From Candidatus Thorarchaeota archaeon (GTDB lineage: Archaea; Asgardarchaeota; Thorarchaeia; Thorarchaeales; Thorarchaeaceae): 35,630 nucleotides of DNA. A model generated the notes under the pieces. The model ran no database searches. It was not told the origin of the DNA and saw nothing but the letters and a program-made list of their open reading frames with translations. A program made the position numbers and the translations under genes. Numbering within the stretch: position 1 is the stretch's first letter; every line of letters starts with the position of its first letter. Where the stretch lies: NCBI GenBank assembly GCA_016839445.1, contig JAEOUG010000021.1:1-35630 (forward strand), in the 5' to 3' direction. This document shows, piece by piece, positions 18,455 through 26,351 of this stretch.

Positions 18455-19273
18455 ATGGTTGAGGACCTAACGGTCATCAAGCTTGGCGGCTCTCTTCTTA
18501 CTGACAAGAAGGAGCCGTACACCTACAGGGAGGACATACTGGAATCAGCAGCTGCTGAGATTGCGGAATGTCTTTCTGAAGGTCTGATCAAGAATCTGGT
18601 CTTGCTGCACGGCGTGGGTTCGTACGGCCACCCCCCTGTTCTTGAACACAGCCTTCACAAGGGCTTCCGTAGCCCCGAGCAGCTTCTCCCTCTCTCCAAG
18701 ACGCAAGAGATTGTAGGAGTCCTTCGCCACACCATCGTGAAGGCGTTTCAGAAGGTGGGTATTCCAATCTGCTTGATGTATCCGTCTTCAATGGTGATAT
18801 CTGAGAAGATGAAGATCACAGACTACTACTTCGAGCCTCTGAAGGGCTTCGCGTCAGTCGGCATGGTCCCACTGCTTGGCGGCGATATTCTGGTCGACAG
18901 GGCTATGGGCTGGAGTGTCGGAAGCGGCGACCAACTGGCTGTTACAATCTGTCAGGAGCTCGGGGCAATCCGTCTTGTGTTTGCCACGGATGTGGGCGGA
19001 ATCTACGAGTCTGACCCTAAGGTCGAGCCTGATGCAGTCCATATCGGACGCGTGAATCTGAACGAGCTTGATGCCACTCTAGAAAGGATGGGCAAGTCCG
19101 GGCTTGTCGATGCATCAGGTGCGATGAAGGGTAAGATACAATCTGTTCTGCCTGCCAAGCCGCTGATTGAGAAGGGTCTCGAGGTTGGATTCCTGTCCAT
19201 GATGGAACGAGGGAATCTGAAGCGATTCCTTTCGGGTGAAGAGTGCGTCTGCACGCGAGTTGTTGTAGAGTAG
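18455..19273 (+). CDS. ipk: Isopentenyl phosphate kinase (amino-acid kinase fold)
   Basis: VIKLGGSLLTDK, HGVGSYGH with the IPK-diagnostic His, P.LGGD, SGD, TDVGGIY..DP, DASGAMKGK. Confidence 0.88.
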   Translation: MVEDLTVIKLGGSLLTDKKEPYTYREDILESAAAEIAECLSEGLIKNLVLLHGVGSYGHPPVLEHSLHKGFRSPEQLLPLSKTQEIVGVLRHTIVKAFQKVGIPICLMYPSSMVISEKMKITDYYFEPLKGFASVGMVPLLGGDILVDRAMGWSVGSGDQLAVTICQELGAIRLVFATDVGGIYESDPKVEPDAVHIGRVNLNELDATLERMGKSGLVDASGAMKGKIQSVLPAKPLIEKGLEVGFLSMMERGNLKRFLSGEECVCTRVVVE

Positions 19274-19312
19274 TTGCAGGATGGGGCTCTGCGGAATCTC
19301 ACCTTCCTTTCT

Positions 19313-19984
19313 CTACTTCATGGCTTTCTTGAGATCCCGAACCCGTTGTTGAATGTCGTCAGCATTGAAGACCGCTGACCCAACAATGAAGAAGTCGGCT
19401 CCTGCCTTTCGCAATGTGCCGATGTTGCTCAGGTCAACACCACCGTCCACGGCAATGCTGACTTCGGGCTTCTTCTCGTCAAGCATCTGTCGAAGCTCTG
19501 TGATCCTATCAAGTGACGACGGGATGAACTTCTGGCCTCCAAAACCAGGGCACACGCTCATCAGCATGATTCTATCAAGAAGGTCTAGCAGAGGGATTAC
19601 GTTGCTGATAGGCGTTCCCGGGTTGAGGGTTATGCCTGCCTTCCCTCCATGGTCCTTAATCATCTGCACAGTGCGATAGATATCGTAGGTTGCCTCAATC
19701 TGGGGATAGAGTAGCTCAACTCCGGCATCAAGGAACATCGGGATGTACTCGCGGGGGTTGGTTATCATGAGATGTGCATCTAGAGGGACATCTGTGATTC
19801 TCTTCATGGTCTCTGCAATCATGGGCCCGTATGAGATATTCGGCACGAAGTGGCCATCCATGATGTCGAGATGGAAGTAGTCCGCCCCTCCCTTCTCAGC
19901 AGCCTTGACATCGTCTTCCAGCCTGGCGAAGTTGGCAGAGAGTATTGAGGGTGCCAGAAGCGGCTTCATGGCTACAACTGGCAC
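19313..19984 (-). CDS. rpe: Ribulose-phosphate 3-epimerase
   Basis: APSILSANF, HLDIMDGHFVPN, DAHLMI, MSVCPGFGGQKF, VDGGV, GSAVF. True start is probably the Met of MKPLLAPS. Confidence 0.96.
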   Translation of the reverse strand: MPVVAMKPLLAPSILSANFARLEDDVKAAEKGGADYFHLDIMDGHFVPNISYGPMIAETMKRITDVPLDAHLMITNPREYIPMFLDAGVELLYPQIEATYDIYRTVQMIKDHGGKAGITLNPGTPISNVIPLLDLLDRIMLMSVCPGFGGQKFIPSSLDRITELRQMLDEKKPEVSIAVDGGVDLSNIGTLRKAGADFFIVGSAVFNADDIQQRVRDLKKAMK

Positions 19985-20036
19985 CCTTGCAGGCTTTTAA
20001 TCTATCCTTCACCAAATGACTCCCGCGTGTCTCTTG

Positions 20037-21680
20037 TCAGTCCTTCAGTACACGGGGCACGAATCTCGATACTGCCCCGAACAGGGCGGCGACCAGAGCC
20101 GCCTGTGTGGCTATACAAAGAACATGAGACCCCGTCAGAATCATCATGAGGCCATAGCCTACGAGAGGAGTAATCCCGACAAGAGCCCCTATCAGGGCTG
20201 ACGCGAATCCCGTGGCTTGGTCTGTGGCAACATTGACGGCCACAGCCCGTCCTCCTCCTCGCCACTTGAATATGAACGCCCCTACACACATGGCAATGAC
20301 ATAGCCCATTGGGATCTGAACGATGGGCAGCAGGAGAATCAGAGGGTTGATTGGAGTCTGAATGAAGAAGACTATGTCAAGTGCAATCAGGCTCAGTGTG
20401 TATGGTACCCACGCGATTGCTGTTTTCGCCCTCAGAACAGACCTCGTGCTCACAGGAATACCCTCCTGCACTGATGCACCTTGAGTGTCAAACATGAGTA
20501 TCGACACCAGAGAAACCCCCCCAAACAGGTTCGCGTACGCTAAGGCGACAAGAGCGGGATAGCTTCGCATCAATGACGAAGGCGTGTCTTTCCAATACTG
20601 AAGCATTGGGAAGAGCATGATGACTAGGAAGATGGGAATTGCGAACACAAAAGCTGAGCCGATGTTTCTCGTGGCCAGCTTGAGATCCTTACGAATGATG
20701 CCTCGAAGTGGACTCACGACATTCAGTGAGACCTCTCTTGTCTGCTTTGCTTTGGCCGTTGAGACACCACCCAGCGCCACATCCTTCAGGGAAGACCCAC
20801 TTCTTCTGTAGGCCACAATCGAGACTACCGCGTAGAAGGAACTTCCCATGATTGAACCAATAAGAACATCCTGAGATGTGCCAAAGGCAACGGCAGCTGC
20901 AAGGAAGCCATAGGAGAACGGAAATATCACAGACAGCGCTGTGAAAACGCCTGGGCCCCACGTGGCTGAGAGACCTATGATGAATCTCATCAAGTTTGGT
21001 AGGTAGCTCCCAAGCGAATATACACTGATCATTCCAATCACAACACCCATCGAGGCCGCAATTCGAACAAATGCCGATAGCCTCGACTCGTCGGAAGAGT
21101 GTGATTTCTTGTGGAACCACCTAGAGACCTTCACTAGGGCTCCAATGGCGATGGCCACCGTGCTTGCACATGAAGCGAGCGCAACGATGGCAACCAGGGG
21201 TCCGAAGACTATCAGGCATCCTATTGGGAAGATGGTCAAGGAGAGTAGGACGGGAGCGAAGAATATCCTGACGAAGGTCACGAATGAGAGGTGTTCAAGC
21301 TCTGCAGTGCTCAAAGGCAGAGTCGCTGGAAGCCGCATTGCACCTGAGGAGAACAGACCGCTCGTAGTAGTCAGATTCAGGAAGAATATCACAACGAAGC
21401 TCAGAGTGAGGTAGACTGCAAATCCTACTGCCAACCGCGCATCTGGGCTACCAATCTCTGTGTCGAAGGCTGACGCGGCTAGAGCAATGATGGCTATCAT
21501 CGCAAGGATGAGTGTGGACATCACTGCACTGATGCGGCTCGATGAACGAATCGATCTGGCAATCCTCTGTGGCTCTTCCTTCACTCTTGCCAAGTTGGAC
21601 GGGTTCGCCTCGAGAAATGCCTGGAATCTAACCTCAGTTGATATTATCCCTGCAAGTCGCCAGCTCTCTGAGAACTTCAA
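20037..21680 (-). CDS. ABC exporter permease (multi-TM, ABC-2-like)
   Basis: About 12-14 hydrophobic helices and an IIRKDLKL..RN motif. TTG start overlaps the ATPase TGA stop (TTGA). Confidence 0.8.
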   Translation of the reverse strand: MKFSESWRLAGIISTEVRFQAFLEANPSNLARVKEEPQRIARSIRSSSRISAVMSTLILAMIAIIALAASAFDTEIGSPDARLAVGFAVYLTLSFVVIFFLNLTTTSGLFSSGAMRLPATLPLSTAELEHLSFVTFVRIFFAPVLLSLTIFPIGCLIVFGPLVAIVALASCASTVAIAIGALVKVSRWFHKKSHSSDESRLSAFVRIAASMGVVIGMISVYSLGSYLPNLMRFIIGLSATWGPGVFTALSVIFPFSYGFLAAAVAFGTSQDVLIGSIMGSSFYAVVSIVAYRRSGSSLKDVALGGVSTAKAKQTREVSLNVVSPLRGIIRKDLKLATRNIGSAFVFAIPIFLVIMLFPMLQYWKDTPSSLMRSYPALVALAYANLFGGVSLVSILMFDTQGASVQEGIPVSTRSVLRAKTAIAWVPYTLSLIALDIVFFIQTPINPLILLLPIVQIPMGYVIAMCVGAFIFKWRGGGRAVAVNVATDQATGFASALIGALVGITPLVGYGLMMILTGSHVLCIATQAALVAALFGAVSRFVPRVLKD

Positions 21681-22456
21681 TCCGTCAGCGCCTCCCGGAG
21701 CGCCGAAACCCCCTCGGCAACCTCATCTTCTTGCTCTGTGAGTTTCAGGAAGATGCTCTCCAATGTGGCTCCTTCCTCGTGTGACTGTTGCCTCAGCTCT
21801 TCCAGAGTGCCTACTGCTACCAGCTTCCCTTCATCGAGGATGCCAACCCGGTCGCACATGAGCTGTGCCACCTCCATGATGTGGGTGCTAAGCAGTATCG
21901 CTCCTCCATTCTCGGCATGAATCTTCACAATGTCCTTCATGATCTTGGCGGTTCTAACATCCAGTCCCGAGAATGGCTCGTCAAGAATCAGTAGTTTCGG
22001 AGTGTGCAGCATCGCAGCGATGAGCATGGTCTTCTGTCTGTTGCCCTGTGACAGAGTCACAATCATGTTGTCATAGTACTTCTCGAAATCCAATGCCTTA
22101 ACGAACTCCTTGATTCGCTTCTCTGTCTTCTCCGGATCCAAGGCGCGGACCGAGGCAACGAACTCGAAGAGTTCTCTTGGCGTCAAGGAGTCGTAGAGCT
22201 GTTGCTCCTCCGGCACATACCCTACTTTCCTCTTCACCTCTATTGGGTCGGTCTGTGAGTTGACGCCGTAGACTTCGGCCCTACCAGAGTCGGGGTCAAG
22301 AAGCCCCATCAGCATCTTCAGCGTTGTCGTCTTCCCGGCTCCGTTCGGGCCCAGTATTCCAAATATCTCGCCCTCTGAGACCTGGAAGCTGACATCATTC
22401 ACGGCAACGAGTTCTCCAAACGACTTCACGAGATTCTCAATACTCACAGCAGACAT
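21677..22456 (-). CDS. ABC transporter ATP-binding protein
   Basis: Walker A GPNGAGKTT, signature LSQGNRQK, Walker B LLILDEP, H-loop STH. ATG at 22456 (MSAVSI). Confidence 0.95.
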   Translation of the reverse strand: MSAVSIENLVKSFGELVAVNDVSFQVSEGEIFGILGPNGAGKTTTLKMLMGLLDPDSGRAEVYGVNSQTDPIEVKRKVGYVPEEQQLYDSLTPRELFEFVASVRALDPEKTEKRIKEFVKALDFEKYYDNMIVTLSQGNRQKTMLIAAMLHTPKLLILDEPFSGLDVRTAKIMKDIVKIHAENGGAILLSTHIMEVAQLMCDRVGILDEGKLVAVGTLEELRQQSHEEGATLESIFLKLTEQEDEVAEGVSALREALTD

Positions 22457-22482
22457 GGTCCTTCTTTCCCTCACTAGCAATG

Positions 22483-22526
22483 TGTGTTGTCAAACACAAA
22501 GGCCTCTCATCTGAAGCTCTATAAAA
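22483..22526 (-). promoter_or_regulatory. Putative ABC operon promoter: TATA box plus inverted repeat over the predicted start site
   Basis: Minus-strand ttttatag at 22526-22519; inverted repeat tgtgtt-gtca-aacaca at 22483-22498. Confidence 0.45.
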
Positions 22527-22548
22527 TCTGGGGACAGCGCCATTTCCA

Positions 22549-22989
22549 CTAGTCATCGTCATTCGCTCCGTTCTCTCTCAGACGGACGCCTCTTTTCACG
22601 AAAGTCCAGTAGCTGTAGAATGCAAGCCAGCCTATCGTGGGGAGGGCCGTGAAAATAAAGAACTCCGGTACTGCAAAGAACATGTAGACATTGAGGAAGA
22701 TGACTGTGGCTAGGTTGATCAGCCACGCCCTTTTCTGCCAACCGTAGTTGGTGACTATGTATACGGCACGTACGGCCGCATAACCTCGGTCATTCAGAGT
22801 GTATTGCCCCTCCTTGGTGGTAGTGATGACGTTCCCCATCTTCTTGAGATGGAAATCAAGCTTCCCACTGCTCTTGATTTTCAGCCTTCGCTTCAAGTCC
22901 GCGAATCCAAGGGGCCTCTTCTCCAGCTGCTTAAGGATCGCGATTCTTATGGGATGCGAGATTGCTTCGAACACTTCGTCGGAGGTCAT
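22549..22989 (-). CDS. ArsR-like winged-helix transcriptional regulator with two C-terminal TM helices
   Basis: FEAISHPIRIAIL..L, FADLKRRL.I.SSGKLDFHLKK, Y.L...G, then two hydrophobic segments. ATG 22989 preferred. Confidence 0.8.
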   Translation of the reverse strand: MTSDEVFEAISHPIRIAILKQLEKRPLGFADLKRRLKIKSSGKLDFHLKKMGNVITTTKEGQYTLNDRGYAAVRAVYIVTNYGWQKRAWLINLATVIFLNVYMFFAVPEFFIFTALPTIGWLAFYSYWTFVKRGVRLRENGANDDD

Positions 22990-23037
22990 TTTGTGCTCAG
23001 TACCGACTTGCCTTGGAAGCATATTATTCTACGGTAC

Positions 23038-23065
23038 TTGACCGGTAGGTCAACGATTGTTGACC
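23038..23065. promoter_or_regulatory. Triple TTGACC/GGTCAA half-site palindrome, candidate operator
   Basis: ttgacc(23038-43)-ggta-ggtcaa(23048-53)-cgattg-ttgacc(23060-65), just upstream of an AT-rich TATA-like element (23021-23030) in front of the wHTH gene. Confidence 0.5.
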
Positions 23066-23129
23066 CGGGGGAGCCTCTATGCAGTTCTAAGGCCTGCGAT
23101 GAAACCACGCATCTGCAAGATTGTATAAC

Positions 23130-24296
23130 CTATTCAGAGAGCTCTTGGCCTGTGGGAATAGAGGAAAATGAGTAGACCGATGAAACCAGTGCCATGCAGG
23201 CGAATACCGACAACACTGAGGACATGCTCCATCCAAACCCAAGGAGCAGGGCCGTACCAAAGGATCCGACCGACACTGCTGTGTCAACGCCGGCTGAGTA
23301 CACAGCCATGCCCTTGGCCTCAGAGGAAGTTGATACGGCTGACACGTATGAGTTTAGTGCGATGTTAGCTGTCGCCAGACCAAGCCCGATTGTAGAGGCT
23401 GAAACGACATAGGTCATCCATCCGGTGAAGAGGACAAGAGGCACGATACCAAGGACAACCGCCATGGCCCCAAGTGTAGCGACCATTCCGTACCTAGAGA
23501 CTCCTGTCCATGAGCCACCAAGTGCCGAACCTATCACCTGTGCAAACGCAAAAGCGGTGAAGAAGACTCCTGGGTTTGCGATGCCATTCAAAGATGCAAT
23601 CTCAGGAGAGTAGCTGAGAAGAACGCCCAATGTTGTGAAGAGAAAGAATACCGATATGGTCGGTTTCGCTATGGCCTTGTCGGGTAGTCCGGTTACAGGT
23701 GATTCATGACGCAAGATCACTGGCGTAGACTTCCAGGCGTACAGGGACAACGCAGTGCTTACCACACTCGTTGCCGCTGCCAGCAGGAAACATGTTTGGA
23801 ATGCTGTCGGGGTTCCTATTGAGACAATCCAGCTGCCAAGAAGAGGGAACATCAGTAGACTGATTGAGCCGAAGACATTGAGATATCCGAAAGCTTCGCT
23901 GACTCTGGGCTTGTCGGTGTTCTCTGCAATCATTGTCATCACGGTTACCGTGGACAGCGCCCACCCGAATCCCTGTACTGCCCTGATCACATAGATTGCC
24001 GTCGCGCTGGCAGAGAATGCGTACGCTGCAAGCGCAGCCGTGAGCAGCAAGTTGCCGACAACCAGTGCCAGCGCATCGTCAATCCTTTCAAGTATCCAGC
24101 CTGATAGGAAGCGGGAGACCACCGCGGTCATTGTGAAGACGCCAAAAGATGTCCCCAAGGCTCCTGCATTCCCAATCACGAGAAGCACATAGTCTTGGAG
24201 AGCAGTAAGAACGAGGTTGTATGCGGAGAAGAGTACGAATGCGACCAGGATGGTAAGTCGTGTTGTTCGTGAGAGTGCTTCTCGGATGTCAGACAG
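23130..24296 (-). CDS. MFS transporter, probably initiated at CTG 24296
   Basis: SRFLSGWILERID (motif A-like), IRAVQGFG, about 12 TM. The frame extends 36 codons above GTG 24188 and adds the first TM (LTILVAFVLFSAYNLVL). An in-frame TGA lies three codons above the CTG, with a GGTGA SD. Confidence 0.8.
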   Translation of the reverse strand: MSDIREALSRTTRLTILVAFVLFSAYNLVLTALQDYVLLVIGNAGALGTSFGVFTMTAVVSRFLSGWILERIDDALALVVGNLLLTAALAAYAFSASATAIYVIRAVQGFGWALSTVTVMTMIAENTDKPRVSEAFGYLNVFGSISLLMFPLLGSWIVSIGTPTAFQTCFLLAAATSVVSTALSLYAWKSTPVILRHESPVTGLPDKAIAKPTISVFFLFTTLGVLLSYSPEIASLNGIANPGVFFTAFAFAQVIGSALGGSWTGVSRYGMVATLGAMAVVLGIVPLVLFTGWMTYVVSASTIGLGLATANIALNSYVSAVSTSSEAKGMAVYSAGVDTAVSVGSFGTALLLGFGWSMSSVLSVFACMALVSSVYSFSSIPTGQELSE

Positions 24297-24496
24297 CTGC
24301 CTTCACCAAGCTGACTGCTTCGTGACCGAGTTATATCGTTGGCGGCTGGCATGCCGAATGGTCGCAATAGGTTTTGAGATGGAGATTGCAGCTATCTGCA
24401 ACGGGTCCCTGAGTGGGAGATGCCACTCTCGCTTGCGGCGTACCTGAGAACTTAACAGGGGCATGCTCGAATAGTACACAATCGAGCTGAGAAGCA

Positions 24497-25642
24497 ATGC
24501 AATACAGAAGGCTGGGCAGAATCTCTGATAGGGTGTCGGCGCTTGGATTCGGCTGCATGCGCCTGCCTACTCAGGAGGACAGAGGCCCCATCGACAGGGC
24601 GGAGGCAGTCAGGCTCATTCGGAAGGGAATCGACAATGGGATCAACTACGTTGATACGGCTTGGACATATCACCGCGGAGAGAGCGAAGTTGTCCTGGGC
24701 CTGGCTCTGAAGGATGGATACCGTGAGCGGGTCACTCTTGTAACGAAGTGCCCTGTCGGACGAGATGATTTCACCGAGCCCGAGCACTTCGACAAGTACC
24801 TTGACGAGCAGATGGGACGATTAGATGTAGACTCTCTCGACGTATACCTATTCCATGCGCTCAACAAGAAGACGTATGAGGAGAAAGTCGTCGCCCTCAA
24901 TCTTGTAGAGCGCGCGATGAAGGCGAAGAAGGAAGGGAAGATCAAACACCTGGGATTCTCCTTTCACGACACGCCTGAGGTTCTCAAAGAGATCATTGAC
25001 TCAGGTGATTTCGACCTTATGCTTGTGCAATACAACATCGTGGACCAGGTGAACCACGACATGATCAACTACGCAGGAGAGAAGGGTCTCGCAGTGGCAA
25101 TCATGGGACCCGTTGGCGGCGGGCGTCTTGCAGGAAAGCATCTACCTGAAGAGATGAGGAAGTGGCTGACAGCCGGTAGGGACAACCTGGCGGACCTAGC
25201 CTTCAAGTTCGTACTCAGTAATCCCAACGTTTCAGTTGCTCTGTCTGGAATGGGCAGTGAAGAGATGCTCGATGACAATCTGCAGATTGCCTCGAGAGAT
25301 GACTACGACCGGCTGACCAAGCAAGAGGAGAAGTCCGTTGAGGGGATAGCGAGAAGATTCAAGGAACTCTGTGACCTCGTGTGCACGGGATGCAAGTACT
25401 GCGAGCCCTGTCCAAACGAGGTGAGTATCAGCTTCATCTTCGAAGCTCTGCAGCGCTACCAAATCTACGGGGACCATGAGGACGCTAAGGCAAGATACGC
25501 AGCCATAGGGAAGATACCTTGGGCAAAAGGAGAGAACGCAGAAGCCTGCATTGAATGTGGTGAATGCTTGGAGAAGTGCCCCCAAGGCATCGACATCATC
25601 AACCAGCTAAAGAAGGCACACGAGTTCCTGTATTCGGGTTGA
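24497..25642 (+). CDS. Aldo/keto reductase with C-terminal Fe-S (4Fe-4S dicluster-type) domain
   Basis: VSALGFGCMRLP, GINYVDTAWTYH.GESE, GFSFH, CTGCKYCEPCP, CIECGECLEKCPQ. Confidence 0.93.
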   Translation: MQYRRLGRISDRVSALGFGCMRLPTQEDRGPIDRAEAVRLIRKGIDNGINYVDTAWTYHRGESEVVLGLALKDGYRERVTLVTKCPVGRDDFTEPEHFDKYLDEQMGRLDVDSLDVYLFHALNKKTYEEKVVALNLVERAMKAKKEGKIKHLGFSFHDTPEVLKEIIDSGDFDLMLVQYNIVDQVNHDMINYAGEKGLAVAIMGPVGGGRLAGKHLPEEMRKWLTAGRDNLADLAFKFVLSNPNVSVALSGMGSEEMLDDNLQIASRDDYDRLTKQEEKSVEGIARRFKELCDLVCTGCKYCEPCPNEVSISFIFEALQRYQIYGDHEDAKARYAAIGKIPWAKGENAEACIECGECLEKCPQGIDIINQLKKAHEFLYSG

Positions 25643-26275
25643 GCAGCGGGACCACTTCGGTAGAGCAAGCTCGGCAGCCTGCAGTTTCCGCTGATGACGC
25701 CGACTTAGAATGAACACCACGGAAATAGAAGCGAAGATGAAGAGCGCCGCTCCCAGTAGAGTCAAATCTGCGTCGAAGTACCAGGCCCTATTCATCGCCA
25801 CGGGGAAGGAGTATGCTACTGTATCGGAAACATAGATGCGGCAGTCTAGCACCCATCTGATTCTGATGTAGATTGTCTCATTGGTGGCCACATCGAAGGG
25901 AAACGGTGTCAGAGGGGAGTTGTGTACTTCGTACAGGCCTGAGCCGTTCGCGCTGATGTCTGGTGGCACGCGCTTTCCGAGTTCACGCCAGCTCTGGTTG
26001 TCCTTCGAGAGAAACAGTGACTCATAGTAGCCGAAGCTCACAAGCAGAGGGCACTCGAATTCAGGGATTTGCAGCCATGAGTACCTGATCTCGAGATACT
26101 TGGACCACCAATCTGTCTTAACCGCGACTGAGTCCATTGTGATGTAATCCGTTATGGGTTCCGTCGGGAACTGAAGCGCAATTAGGGTGGGCTCTGGCTG
26201 TCCTGTGTTGAGCAACACGGAACCAACAACGAATGCCACAAGCACGAAGATGGCTGTCCTACTCAGCCAAACCAC
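25607..26275 (-). CDS. Hypothetical secreted protein with C-terminal TM anchor
   Basis: N-terminal hydrophobic signal, beta-rich middle, TM + RRHQRK. 3' end overlaps the convergent AKR gene by 36 nt. Confidence 0.65.
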   Translation of the reverse strand: MVWLSRTAIFVLVAFVVGSVLLNTGQPEPTLIALQFPTEPITDYITMDSVAVKTDWWSKYLEIRYSWLQIPEFECPLLVSFGYYESLFLSKDNQSWRELGKRVPPDISANGSGLYEVHNSPLTPFPFDVATNETIYIRIRWVLDCRIYVSDTVAYSFPVAMNRAWYFDADLTLLGAALFIFASISVVFILSRRHQRKLQAAELALPKWSRCSTRIQELVCLL

Positions 26276-26351
26276 CTAGCTGACAAGGGCTAGGAATGCC
26301 ATTAGGGTTTCGGAGTGTGAAGTATTGTACTACACATAGCTGACTGTTGTC

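Noticed and set aside
24176-24367. 63-aa ORF suggesting a frameshifted MFS N-terminus
   Set aside because: The missing TM is encoded in the MFS frame itself, so no frameshift is needed.
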